DNA from: a phage
Reading direction: 5' to 3' (one strand)
Length of the DNA: 44,992 nt
Sequence record: NC_110914.1
Positions within the stretch are counted from its first letter, which is position 1; every line of letters starts with the position of its first letter. The notes beneath the pieces are model-generated. The model had not been told where the DNA came from. It worked only from the letters and a program-made list of their open reading frames with translations, and did no database searches. This document shows, piece by piece, positions 11,842 to 21,374 of the stretch. Position numbers and translations under genes: made by a program.

Positions 11842-13011
11842 TTATATTTCGCTTTCCTCTGAGCTGTACTCTATATCAGATAGCTTAACCTCAAGCTCTA
11901 ACCCCGTCGTGAAGCCACTATTATTCAGAATGTGAGTTACTTTACTGATTAACCATACCTGTTCGTCTATTACGCGCTTAAAGCCCGACACACGTACAGG
12001 CGTCTCAGGAAATAAATCCGCTCGCCCTAGCGCCAGTGTGATTGAAAACTCCGCAACGCCTCGCTGCAGTTTATCCCACTTAGCCTGAGCGGCACGCATC
12101 GCCTGCGCCTTTGATGCGTAGACCGTTGTCAGCGCCAGCACGTTATCGGCTTCACCGGCCATATACTCACCCTCGCGAGCCTCCTGCTCTTTTTTGGCCT
12201 TTGTCTTTTTGCTGACAGGCTTTGCTTTCGGGTGCTCCAGTGCGCGTAGGTGTTTCTCTTTTGGCTGGCGTTTCAGCGTCACTTTTTGCTTTTGCGGCTT
12301 CGGGTCTTTGGTGTGCAACCATTTTGCCGTTACGCCGGTATAAGCCCCACGGTCGGCAATAGCAAATTGATGACGGTCACCATTGCTACGGGGCAGCGTC
12401 ATTTGCGGGATGGGTCTGCCGCTGGCCGTCATCGCACTACCGGCTTTCAGAAACAGCAATTTCCCCGCTTTCACTGACACCGCAGCTCCGTTTCGGTCAG
12501 CTAGCCGGGTCAGAAACACCGCGTCGGACTCCTGCGACTGGTCGATATGCGGTACCGGGATTTTTTTCAGTGAATCAGCGACACTGGCCGTCAGTTTATT
12601 GCGTTTTGCGATGGTGCTGACCAGTTCTCCGATGGTGGTGTCATGCCATGACTCTTCACGCCTGGAATTTAGCGTGCCGCGAAAGTCCGCGCTGCGCGCC
12701 CGGATGGTCAGGGTGTCAGGCGCTCCCCGGTGCTCAATCTCATCGACCGTAAAATCCCCCTTATTCAGCAACGCCGAGCCCTGCCAGCCAAGCCACAGCG
12801 TCAGCACTGCCCCGCGCAGGGGTAACTCAACTTTCCCGTCGGTATCATCAAGCTCAATATCGAGCTGGTCAGCCTCAAAACCCCGGTTATCGGTCATGGT
12901 GAGAGAAATCAATCGGTCACTAAAATTGCTGGTAATGTCCTGGCTGTTCAGCGTCAACATAAATGCCGGTGCAAGGCTGGCACCGGCGTCAATTGCCATC
13001 CCCGTTATCAT
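11842..13011 (-). CDS. D: Tail protein gpD (late control D)
   Basis: 389-aa ORF at the P2 gpD position; size and order match D-U-T-E-FII-FI. Confidence 0.85.
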   Translation of the reverse strand: MITGMAIDAGASLAPAFMLTLNSQDITSNFSDRLISLTMTDNRGFEADQLDIELDDTDGKVELPLRGAVLTLWLGWQGSALLNKGDFTVDEIEHRGAPDTLTIRARSADFRGTLNSRREESWHDTTIGELVSTIAKRNKLTASVADSLKKIPVPHIDQSQESDAVFLTRLADRNGAAVSVKAGKLLFLKAGSAMTASGRPIPQMTLPRSNGDRHQFAIADRGAYTGVTAKWLHTKDPKPQKQKVTLKRQPKEKHLRALEHPKAKPVSKKTKAKKEQEAREGEYMAGEADNVLALTTVYASKAQAMRAAQAKWDKLQRGVAEFSITLALGRADLFPETPVRVSGFKRVIDEQVWLISKVTHILNNSGFTTGLELEVKLSDIEYSSEESEI

Positions 13012-13493
13012 GCAGTGAAACCTCCGGGCATACCCTGCAGTTTATCTGTCAAATTACCGGCAGAGCCGAGAAGCTCACTGGCCTGTTTATTCAGGTCACC
13101 AAACATCTCTGTCAGCGATTCATCAACCCGTTTTAGCGAAAGCGTGAAATCAATCTTTCTGGCCGCACCATCACTGAAAAACTCGGTGCGTGTAGTCGAT
13201 ACTTTATCGACGATATACATCCCGAGGATATTTCCGGTTCCCTCTATCAACGGCCACGCTCTGCCTTCATTGGCCATCACCTCTACAGCCTTTAGTGAGA
13301 TCCAACCGCCAGTGATAGCGGGGTATAGCGTACCAGCAAGCTGTATAGAGGTTTCCCCCTCGCCAAGAAACTGATAGGCAGGTGGTTTACCCACCCGGTC
13401 ATTGGACACCCAGCGATAATCTTTCGAATGCTGCATCGACTGGTAAGGCAGGGTGCGAAGTTCAAACACAAACATTCCGAGAGCAAGCATCAT
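13008..13493 (-). CDS. U: Tail protein gpU
   Basis: 161-aa ORF overlapping D by 4 nt; P2 gpU-like by position and size. Confidence 0.8.
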   Translation of the reverse strand: MMLALGMFVFELRTLPYQSMQHSKDYRWVSNDRVGKPPAYQFLGEGETSIQLAGTLYPAITGGWISLKAVEVMANEGRAWPLIEGTGNILGMYIVDKVSTTRTEFFSDGAARKIDFTLSLKRVDESLTEMFGDLNKQASELLGSAGNLTDKLQGMPGGFTA

Positions 13494-13506
13494 CGTTTAA
13501 TCCCCC

Positions 13507-15951
13507 TCAATAGTCGTGGGTCATGTTGGCACGCTGGCGGGCGCGTTTATCGCGCTCAATCTGTTCGAGCGTGTCGCGTAGTTGTCTGTCAAGCTGATGC
13601 CCCGGCGCAACACCTCCCGGCAGATTGATGTTGTATTCGCTTTTGCTCTGGTCAATGTAAGAGCGCCCCGCCGGTGCGGTAACTGGCTGATAAGCCTGAT
13701 AGCCGCCATATGTGCTGGTTGCCGGGATGTAGGAATTACCCTGTGTGGCGGCATTGGTTTTGGCGGCGGTCTGGTCGAGGCTGTCCGACTCTTTGTTGAT
13801 GATGCCGAGCTTTTCGAGAAGCCAGTCGACACCGCTGCGCAGCTTGTTAAAAACATTGAGCGGAGCCATCAAGGCAGAGGCCAGTGCCTGACCAAATATG
13901 ACGCCGACATTTTTGCAGCTATCAAGCGTTTCCTGTGTGGCCTTAACCGGTGCTATCAGGTCTTTAAACCACTGCCAGACGCCGCGCAGTTTCTCGCCGA
14001 GACCATCAAAAATGGGAGCCAGTGGAGCTAACATTTCCCCGACTGGGGCAAAGGCACTCATGATGCCTTCAATCACTCCCGAGAAAAATGCGCTGATGGG
14101 CTCCCAATATTTACGGATGAGTAGCGCCCCCGCCACAATCGCCGCACCGACGGCCACTATCGGCCAGGTAATCGCACCGAGCGCTGTCGCAATGGCACTA
14201 CCGACGACAGTAAAGACCGTACCCAGCACGCCAGCAGCGGCGATAATTGCATTAATCCCCATGACAACCGGCCACGCAACGAGACCAATGCCGCCGATGA
14301 TACCAATCAGCGCCAGCGCACCACCGGCGATGATGCCGATAGTTTCCGCTAACTCCTTGTTGTCTTTGATCCAGTCATCAAGCTTTAGCACATACCGTGT
14401 TGCTGTCTGAGTTAGCTGACGCAATGAGCTATCTTGCTGGTCATAGAGGTCAGTGCCGACCGCCTCATATGCTGACTGGAACTCCTTGAAGTCGCCGCCG
14501 AGGTTATCCTGCATAACCTTGACCAGCTCCTCTGTTTTACCGTCTGAATCCTTTATCGTGGCAGTTAGCTTATCGAGTTTTCCGCTTGCCGCTGCCGCCA
14601 TAAGGACACTTGCAGACTTCATAGCCTCCTCGCCGAATATCGTTTTCACGTACTCGGCCTTTTGTGAGGTACCAAGATTGTTGCGCTTAAAACTGGCCTG
14701 CATTTCTTTCAGGATGGTAAATAGCGGGCGCGTATTGCCTTTGCTGTCTGAGGTTTTAACTCCCAGCTCTTTGAGAGCATCGTATGCTTTGCCTGTGGGT
14801 GCCTGTAGTCTCGTTATAACAGCAGCGCCGCCAGTCCCAGCCATTGACCCCCTGATGTTATTATCATGAAGTGTGCCGGTAATCGCCGCCGCCTGTTCAA
14901 GACTCACCCCAGCATTTTTCGCAACAGGGGCAAGGTAACTTAATGAGTCACTTAGTCCCTGAAAATCAGCGGTGGTTTTGTTCATCGTGGTTGAAAGAAC
15001 ATCACCGATATGCGCAGCCGCGTCATTAGAAAGTTGAAAGGCGGCTTTTGTCCCCATCAACAGTTGCGCGTTTTCCTCCATTGTTTTTTTGTTTGCAAGC
15101 GACAGGTTGAGAGTCACAGGTGTCATGGCCGCTATAGCCGCCGCATCACCACCACCTTTTGCAATGATAATCTGCGCACTGGCTGCATCATCAGCAGAAG
15201 CGGCTGTATTGTCACCGAGCTGGCGCGCCTGTTTGCGTAACGCCTGCATTTCTGGCGACTGCTTATCGACCCCGAGCACAGCCTGCAGCTCGGAGTTTTT
15301 TTGCGCAAAGTCATAACCGGGCATCAGCAATTTAACCCCGGCCATCGTTCCCGCTGTCGCAATACCGACCCCGGCAGCACCTGCAGCGGCCATGTTACCG
15401 GCAAGCTCCTTACCCGATTTATATCGCTCTTTCACTCGGTTTAGGTGCGCCTGCTGTGCGCTGACCTTCGCCAATGCTTCACGCTGCCGGTTGAGCTGCG
15501 CCGTCGTCTCGCTGATACGTGTTTTAAGCCCCCGCTCATCGTTTGCCAGATTGCGGGTATTGATACCGGCGGCACCCAGCTCGCGTTGCTGGCGTTTAAC
15601 CGACTCGGTGAGGCTGTTGTATTTAACCTGCAGCCCCTCGGCGGCACGTTTTGCGGATTCGAGCACCTGTGCCTGCGCTCGCGTCGGGCGCTCAGTATTT
15701 TTGAATTGCGTGGCAAGCGCTTCAGCCTCGCGCTTTGCCTTCTCCAGCGACTGGCCGGTTACGGCCAGTTGAGCGCTGGTTTTGCGAAAGCCGTCGATTT
15801 TCGCGGCCTGCCCGTTCAGGTCACGCAGCCCTTTTTGTGTGTCGCGAATATCGCCCGACAGGGTTTTACTCGCGGTCTGGATGGATTTAAGCGGTCGGGT
15901 CGCCTGGTCGACCGCTTTCAGCAAAACCTCAAGTCTCAGGTTATTACTCAT
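13507..15951 (-). CDS. T: Tail tape measure protein gpT
   Basis: 814-aa ORF, Ala/Gly-rich with coiled-coil and internal TM-like segment, at the P2 gpT position. Confidence 0.9.
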   Translation of the reverse strand: MSNNLRLEVLLKAVDQATRPLKSIQTASKTLSGDIRDTQKGLRDLNGQAAKIDGFRKTSAQLAVTGQSLEKAKREAEALATQFKNTERPTRAQAQVLESAKRAAEGLQVKYNSLTESVKRQQRELGAAGINTRNLANDERGLKTRISETTAQLNRQREALAKVSAQQAHLNRVKERYKSGKELAGNMAAAGAAGVGIATAGTMAGVKLLMPGYDFAQKNSELQAVLGVDKQSPEMQALRKQARQLGDNTAASADDAASAQIIIAKGGGDAAAIAAMTPVTLNLSLANKKTMEENAQLLMGTKAAFQLSNDAAAHIGDVLSTTMNKTTADFQGLSDSLSYLAPVAKNAGVSLEQAAAITGTLHDNNIRGSMAGTGGAAVITRLQAPTGKAYDALKELGVKTSDSKGNTRPLFTILKEMQASFKRNNLGTSQKAEYVKTIFGEEAMKSASVLMAAAASGKLDKLTATIKDSDGKTEELVKVMQDNLGGDFKEFQSAYEAVGTDLYDQQDSSLRQLTQTATRYVLKLDDWIKDNKELAETIGIIAGGALALIGIIGGIGLVAWPVVMGINAIIAAAGVLGTVFTVVGSAIATALGAITWPIVAVGAAIVAGALLIRKYWEPISAFFSGVIEGIMSAFAPVGEMLAPLAPIFDGLGEKLRGVWQWFKDLIAPVKATQETLDSCKNVGVIFGQALASALMAPLNVFNKLRSGVDWLLEKLGIINKESDSLDQTAAKTNAATQGNSYIPATSTYGGYQAYQPVTAPAGRSYIDQSKSEYNINLPGGVAPGHQLDRQLRDTLEQIERDKRARQRANMTHDY

Positions 15952-16431
15952 TGTGGTGTCCGCTACGCTGCAGCGCCTTTTCGCGCCATGTGATGAGCTC
16001 GGTCAGGCTCAGGGAATAGAGATCTGATAGCGGCCAGTGGAATATCACCGCGATATCCGCCATCAGGTCATCGGTCGACAGGTCGGGCGGGAAATCTACT
16101 CCGCCGAAGCCGGTGACAAAAAACCAATCACCTTAGCGGCCAACGACAGCATATCGGGCAGGTTCATTGCGGTAAGCTCCTGCGCCGTAAGCGCGGGGTA
16201 GGTCATGCGTGGCAATACCTTAATCAGCGCATCGACTTCGGACTGCGCCACCGCTGCCAGACTGACACCGCGCAGGGTACCGGCGTTCGGCTCAATCAGT
16301 GTGACTTTATCAATCGTCTGACCGGCGCGCTTAATCGGCTTGTCGAGGGTCACGACGTTCGGGTTTACGGTGTCAATTTCATTGCCAGCCATATCAACAA
16401 ATTCAGCGGTTTTACGTGGTGCTTTTGCCAT
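15944..16431 (-). CDS. E: Tail assembly chaperone gpE and frameshift product gpE+E'
   Basis: gpE ORF 16096..16431 (111 aa). Slippery TTTTTTG (about 16117..16123, minus strand) allows a -1 shift; the -1 frame hand-translates to ...VDFPPDLSTDDLMADIAVIFHWPLSDLYSLSLTELITWREKALQRSGHHNE, ending just before the T start. Confidence 0.8.
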
Positions 16432-16494
16432 GATGTTTTTCTCTGCTCTGAATGGGGATTAATAACCGGCCAGCAGTGCTGACCGGTCAGGGAA

Positions 16495-17013
16495 TTACAG
16501 CCCGATTGCGCGGCGGTGCTGTTCCAGACGGTCGACGCCGTTCACCTTCTCAACCATGTTGACGGTGTCGATTTCGATGACGTCGCTACCATCAATCGTG
16601 AGGCGGTAATAGGTGCATACGGTCGACAGTTTGGTCGAGGTGTTTTCACCCTGCTTATTCTCGCCGCCGTCGATTTCTTTATGACGGCCACGCATGACCA
16701 CCTCGACCGCCACGATTTCGCCAGTGTCGTCACGTTGGTAAGAGCCAGCAAAACGCAACGGCACAGCGTCAGCACCCGGCGCGGCGTACTGCGCCCACAG
16801 CGCCACATCAGGCAGGCCACCGACAGACCATTCGACGGTGAGCGCATCATCGTCGAGACCAAGGTCAATCGCCGCCGCGCCATTCATGCCGCCGCCGCGA
16901 TAGTTTTCGAGCTTGCGGGTCAGCTTCGGCAGCGTCACGGATTCCACAACGCCCATGTAGCTAAGGCCGTCATTGAACATGTTCAGATATTTAAGTTTGC
17001 GGGGTAGTGCCAT
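16495..17013 (-). CDS. FII: Tail tube protein gpFII
   Basis: 172-aa ORF at the P2 FII position. Confidence 0.85.
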   Translation of the reverse strand: MALPRKLKYLNMFNDGLSYMGVVESVTLPKLTRKLENYRGGGMNGAAAIDLGLDDDALTVEWSVGGLPDVALWAQYAAPGADAVPLRFAGSYQRDDTGEIVAVEVVMRGRHKEIDGGENKQGENTSTKLSTVCTYYRLTIDGSDVIEIDTVNMVEKVNGVDRLEQHRRAIGL

Positions 17014-17028
17014 GTTGTTTCAGGCTCC

Positions 17029-18234
17029 TTAGCTGTTGACCGATTCGGCCAGATCCACCAGATATTTATCGGTGATACGCTGGCGCAGGGTTAGGCTTTC
17101 CAGTGGTGGAACCGGTGTATAGTCGTAGTCGATATACAGTTTCCCGGCCTTGAGGGTTTCCTTATCGTTCGATTCCTCGTCGAACCAGCATTCACCGTCC
17201 ACGATGTAGCCGTTTGATTTCAGCTCGCGGAATTTGGCGTTAATGCCGTCGACAATGTCACGGATAAGTGATGCGGTGATGGGCTTATCGACCGCCCACA
17301 TGTGCGCCTCGGCCATCGTGTCGGCCAGCACCTGCGCGGTGCGGGTGTAGTTCTCAAACAGGAAAAGCGGGTCATCAGAGCAGGTGCGGTTACCCCAAAA
17401 GCGGAAGCCATCCTTACGCACCAGTGTCGTGACCCCGGCCTCGTTGAGCAGATCAGCATCGGTGCCGGATGCCTGCAAATCCCAAAACACTGACGCACTG
17501 ATGCCGGTAACACCCTGCACGCCGACGTTAGACAGGGTTTTGTGCCAGCCGACGGTCTGGTCGATATAGGCACGCAGGCCGAGTGCGCGCGCAGTTGCGT
17601 ATGCCGGTGCGGTGGCGTTTGTGGTGGTATCCCATGCAAGGAAATCAGGCCAGATGACCATCAGCTCGCGCTGGCTGAAATTCTCGCGATAGGCCATCGC
17701 CTCGGAAATGGTTTTACAACCCCATGCGCTGACATAACCAAACGCGCGCAGGCTGATACAGACCGAAGCAAGTGCGACTGCGACCTCTTTGGTATCGAGA
17801 CCCGGCACGCCGAGAATGCGCGGCTTAACGCCGGTGACTGCTTCGGCAGTCAACAGCGCCTTGATGCCGGTATATTTACCGTTCTCATCCGTGCCGCCGA
17901 TGATATTGGAAATGGTCTGCGCTTCGGCGTCTTCTCCGGTACCTTCGGCAACACGCACGACAACTGTGACGGGTTTTGACTGGTCGGCGATAGCCTGCAG
18001 GGAGGCAGACAACGTGCCTTTTTTACCGGCTTTTGCAATGGCGCTCTGCACATTGGTAATCAATACCGGTTCGTTGAGGGGGAATGTCTCGGCATCCGCA
18101 TCGCTGGCCGTGCAGACCATGCCGACAATTGCGGTTGCAACAGTGGAAATGACGCGGGTGCCGTCGTTAATCTCAAGCACCTGCACGCCGTGGTGAAAAT
18201 CACTCATCCGGTTAACTCCGTGGTTAGTGGGCAA
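17029..18234 (-). CDS. FI: Tail sheath protein gpFI
   Basis: 401-aa ORF at the P2 FI position. Confidence 0.9.
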   Translation of the reverse strand: MPTNHGVNRMSDFHHGVQVLEINDGTRVISTVATAIVGMVCTASDADAETFPLNEPVLITNVQSAIAKAGKKGTLSASLQAIADQSKPVTVVVRVAEGTGEDAEAQTISNIIGGTDENGKYTGIKALLTAEAVTGVKPRILGVPGLDTKEVAVALASVCISLRAFGYVSAWGCKTISEAMAYRENFSQRELMVIWPDFLAWDTTTNATAPAYATARALGLRAYIDQTVGWHKTLSNVGVQGVTGISASVFWDLQASGTDADLLNEAGVTTLVRKDGFRFWGNRTCSDDPLFLFENYTRTAQVLADTMAEAHMWAVDKPITASLIRDIVDGINAKFRELKSNGYIVDGECWFDEESNDKETLKAGKLYIDYDYTPVPPLESLTLRQRITDKYLVDLAESVNS

Positions 18235-18237
18235 GTG

Positions 18238-18552
18238 TTATTGTCCTGGCTGGTCTGTTGAGGGGCTATTTGTCAGTGTTGGGCGATGTCTGACACATTG
18301 AGACATCAGCAACGGATGCGGGAAATTGTTTGTATAGCGTTGAGATACCCGAGGCGATCCAGTTTCCAGACCACAAGCGTATCGCCCTCTGACAAGGTTC
18401 TGAGTAACCTCTTTAGCCCCGGCCAGTCTGATTGATGTTTTGCCGCTGATTTTATCTTCGAAAATCAGCTCACATCCTGCGCACTCCAGTTCATTTCGCT
18501 GTAATGCGGTGTTCTGGTCATTTGTTGATACACGTACATAACCGATAAACAT
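18238..18552 (-). pseudogene. Hin/Gin/Pin-family serine DNA invertase remnant (frameshifted and 3'-truncated)
   Basis: Minus-strand translation gives MFIGYVRVSTNDQNTALQRNELECAGCELIFEDKISGK (catalytic Ser motif); the conserved GDTLVVWKLDRLG block is only in another frame, and the rest of the ~190-aa protein is absent before FI. Confidence 0.75.
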
Positions 18553-18618
18553 GAGAAATAACCCGGTAAAAAGTCGGAAACATGCCAGCTGAACGGAATA
18601 TCTGCATTTTCTAAAAGG

Positions 18619-18644
18619 TTGGTTTGGGAGAAGCGGCAAAACGG
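18619..18644. repeat. Left inverted repeat / crossover site of the invertible tail-fibre segment
   Basis: ttggtttgggagaagcGgcAaaacgg is the reverse complement of 20138..20163 with 2 mismatches. Confidence 0.7.
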
Positions 18645-18986
18645 AATGTAGGTAACGGGCAAAACCAAATTCCGGATATGGCGGCGTTTGCCAGTTCACT
18701 TTCATCAACGGGTTTTCAAAAACTCCCTTCAGGTCTGATTATTCAGTGGGGTATTGTCAGTGGAGCATCAAACTATACGGTGACTTACCCGGTAACATTC
18801 CCAAATCGTTCACTTGCGCTGTTGGCTGTGCCACATACAACGTCGGTGGCTGGTATATCTGCAATGGGCATAGCGAACTGTTCTGATATCAGCAAATCAC
18901 AGTTCTATATAATTGTTGGCGGTATATCTCAGGGAGAAATTGTCAAATATGAAAGGTCCTGTTTTTGGGTAGCAATCGGTGTATAG
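18624..18986 (+). CDS. Alternative (silent) tail-fibre C-terminal cassette Sv'
   Basis: Translation GEAAKRNVGNGQNQIPDMAAFASSLSSTGFQKLPSGLIIQWG... parallels the active H C-terminus; frame opens inside the inverted repeat, no own start. Confidence 0.65.
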   Translation: MGEAAKRNVGNGQNQIPDMAAFASSLSSTGFQKLPSGLIIQWGIVSGASNYTVTYPVTFPNRSLALLAVPHTTSVAGISAMGIANCSDISKSQFYIIVGGISQGEIVKYERSCFWVAIGV

Positions 18987-18994
18987 GTATATCT

Positions 18995-19390
18995 ATGATT
19001 TATTTCTCAAAATCGACTAATGGTTTTTTCTTTGATGGTATAAACAGCGACATGCCTGCTGACATTGTTGAGATAAGTACAGACTTATACAATGAATTAA
19101 TTGCCGGACAGCAGGAAGGGGGGAAATTAATCACGTCAGATGAAAATGGTTTACCGGTACTGAAATCTCCGGCGATTGATTATGTCGCACGTGCGGAAAA
19201 TCAGCGAATGCAGTTACTTGCTCATGCCGATAATGTCACAGCTGACTGGCGAGTGGAATTAATGCTTGGTGATATCAGCAGTACAGATAAAGAAAAACTA
19301 TCCGCCTGGATGAACTACAAAAAAGAAGTAAAAGCCGTCGACACTTCGACGGCTCCTGAGATTAGCTGGCCTGAGTTACCGGAGGCGTAG
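18995..19390 (+). CDS. Alternative tail-fibre assembly protein (Tfa')
   Basis: C-terminus ...WMNYKKEVKAVDTSTAPEISWPELPEA resembles the Tfa/gpG family; start trimmed to MIYFSKS...; 3' ends overlap the other tfa. Confidence 0.7.
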   Translation: MIYFSKSTNGFFFDGINSDMPADIVEISTDLYNELIAGQQEGGKLITSDENGLPVLKSPAIDYVARAENQRMQLLAHADNVTADWRVELMLGDISSTDKEKLSAWMNYKKEVKAVDTSTAPEISWPELPEA

Positions 19391-19805
19391 GCCATTCAAT
19401 ATCTGGCGCACTGGAAGTATTGACCTGTTCCAGTGCGTCCAGGTAATCCAGCCACAAATTATATTGCGCCAGTTCGTCACCGTTCAGACGACCAATAGCT
19501 GCTTTACCGGGCCATTGCTTACTGTTCATGTAGTCGTTTGCCTGGTTGATTTTTTTCTGCTTTTCGGCGTTCGCAGCTTCCACTTCTTCATCGTGACTTA
19601 ACGGTGGTAAATCCACCCATACAGGCTGCCCATTTTCATCAGCGCCGCGGGTTTGCCCTTCTGGTGGCATTCCTGAATATGTGAGAAAAACGTCATCAGA
19701 AACACCTACTAAGTCATCTGGCCAGGTGTTGGCTGCTATGTACAGCGACTTCATTTCTTCAGGGTAAAAACCTAGAGTTGATGGAGAAAAATAATAAAGA
19801 GTCAT
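19362..19805 (-). CDS. G: Tail-fibre assembly protein (gpG-like Tfa), active orientation
   Basis: 147-aa ORF immediately downstream of H; C-terminus ...LEQVNTSSAPDIEWPTPP typical of Tfa. Confidence 0.8.
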   Translation of the reverse strand: MTLYYFSPSTLGFYPEEMKSLYIAANTWPDDLVGVSDDVFLTYSGMPPEGQTRGADENGQPVWVDLPPLSHDEEVEAANAEKQKKINQANDYMNSKQWPGKAAIGRLNGDELAQYNLWLDYLDALEQVNTSSAPDIEWPTPPVTQAS

Positions 19806-19806
19806 A

Positions 19807-20769
19807 TCAGCTTCCTATTGCGAACCAGCGAAAGACATAAACCCCAGATGTTGCATCACAGCGCATCAGGAAATTTGTTTTTGTAAAACTTCCTGCCGCT
19901 CCCGCAATAACCTTTCCACCACCATTGTCGTAAGAGACTACAACCTGATGGCAAATGTTCGGAAAAGAAACCGAGAAGTTAATTGCATTTCCCGTATTAC
20001 CTGTCGCACCCACTCCGGCTGTTGCTGATCCCCATTGAATGATTAAGCCGCTAGGTAGTTTTTGATATCCAGCAGCACCCGTTACAGACAAAAATGAATT
20101 TATATCTGGAATCTGGTTTTCCCCTGTTCCGACATCCCGTTTCGCTGCTTCTCCCAAACCAAGGTTTTTAAGAACGTCGCCGGCCAGTCCCGCGTCAACC
20201 ATTTCTTTCAGAGCATTAGCGATTAACGGGTACTGCTTGTGTGGATTGGCGGCCTCAACATGTTTTTTCATCAGGTCATCAGCATATCCTTTCACCTCGA
20301 TAATCTTGTCGTCGACATACTGGCGCGTTGCCAGCACGACTGCCGGGTCGATTTTCAGGGTGATTGCCGATGTGCTCGACACAATCAGAATCATGCGAAT
20401 GGTCTGCGTGCGACCGCTTCCCTCCTGCAGTTGTGGCTTGTAGGTCTCCGGACAGTTCGCCACGGCAATCAGAATACCATCATCGTCATAGAGACCAATC
20501 TCGCGGATCCAGAAACCACCTTCATTCTCGGGAATAATCTGTTCCGCGATAATCTGACTGGTATTGGCCGGGTCAACGGTCAGCAGGTTCAGCGGCGCGA
20601 TGCGTTTCTGGTTAATGAGCTTCGTCTGCGCCGGGTCAGGGGTCGGCAACGTACCATTCGCATCACCGACGGCCATCTGCGTCAGGTTGAGTTTGGTACC
20701 GAGTGCCGCCGCGTTCGCCAGCCGCGCCGCGCCCTGATTGGTCAGAATGGCAAAATATTTTGCGGTCAT
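19807..20769 (-). CDS. H: Tail fibre protein gpH (short variant)
   Basis: 320-aa ORF with P2 gpH-like N-terminal region (MTAKYFAILTNQGAARLANA...) and a variable C-terminus inside the invertible segment. Confidence 0.85.
   Translation of the reverse strand: MTAKYFAILTNQGAARLANAAALGTKLNLTQMAVGDANGTLPTPDPAQTKLINQKRIAPLNLLTVDPANTSQIIAEQIIPENEGGFWIREIGLYDDDGILIAVANCPETYKPQLQEGSGRTQTIRMILIVSSTSAITLKIDPAVVLATRQYVDDKIIEVKGYADDLMKKHVEAANPHKQYPLIANALKEMVDAGLAGDVLKNLGLGEAAKRDVGTGENQIPDINSFLSVTGAAGYQKLPSGLIIQWGSATAGVGATGNTGNAINFSVSFPNICHQVVVSYDNGGGKVIAGAAGSFTKTNFLMRCDATSGVYVFRWFAIGS
20138..20163. repeat. Right inverted repeat / crossover site of the invertible segment
   Basis: Reverse complement of the left repeat; adjacent near-palindrome aaaaaccttggttt resembles hix/gix-type sites. 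Confidence 0.7.
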
Positions 20770-21374
20770 GCGTTCACTCTCAGATTATCAATCAAATGGA
20801 TGGCCGAGGCCGGGTAATATTCACCGCCGACGACAATCTCCTCGGGGGTGTAGGGGTAAACAGTCAGCGCGTCGCCGTGATAGCATCCCGCGCCGACATA
20901 CAGTTCGCCGGTCGAGCTCAGACTGATAGCCAGCCCGGTCAGGTGGCGACTTGCCGGTTTGGCGTCTTCAATCAGGCGCTCAAGCTCCTGATACATTTCG
21001 TCAGTGATGCCGCTGTCGAGGACGCCAACAACGAGGCGGAATGTGCCTGGCTCCTCGTCGAGTTGCCACCACTCGCGCACCTCAATCAGAAAGCCGAGCG
21101 GCTCGACGACCCGACGCAATGCGCTGATGGTGCCTTTGTGCTGATGGACGAAAAACGAGGACGCGCAGACGCTGCGCTTTGTCGCCTCCGGCCATTTCTC
21201 ATCCCACCTGTCGACCGACAGCGCCCACGCCAGATACGGCAGCAGCTTTACCGGGCAGGTGCGCCAGTTCCACAGGGTGCGCAGCGGTACCGGCACGCGC
21301 TGAATCTCAGAGAACGCAGCGGCGGCGGCGACCTCCAGCGGCGACGAGCCAACGGGTAATAGCCGGTCATTCAT
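20766..21374 (-). CDS. I: Baseplate assembly protein gpI
   Basis: 202-aa ORF at the P2 gpI position. Confidence 0.8.
   Translation of the reverse strand: MNDRLLPVGSSPLEVAAAAAFSEIQRVPVPLRTLWNWRTCPVKLLPYLAWALSVDRWDEKWPEATKRSVCASSFFVHQHKGTISALRRVVEPLGFLIEVREWWQLDEEPGTFRLVVGVLDSGITDEMYQELERLIEDAKPASRHLTGLAISLSSTGELYVGAGCYHGDALTVYPYTPEEIVVGGEYYPASAIHLIDNLRVNA

Larger units (their letters stand above)
18619..20163. other. Invertible tail-fibre segment (Mu G / P1 C / e14 P-like), ~1.55 kb
   Basis: Bounded by inverted repeats; contains two alternative fibre C-terminal cassettes and two convergent tail-fibre assembly genes, with the invertase remnant adjacent. Confidence 0.7.

Noticed and set aside
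12383-13018. 211-aa plus-strand ORF (and similar ORFs at 13898..14410, 14453..14869, 15445..15993)
   Set aside because: Antisense shadow ORFs inside the GC-rich gpD and gpT genes, with Ser/Pro/Ala/Arg-rich low-complexity translations and no start or RBS context.
18553-18708. N-terminal 52-aa extension of the invertase ORF
   Set aside because: Invertase homology begins at the internal MFIGYVRVSTNDQ; the upstream part has no family resemblance and overlaps the recombination-site region.
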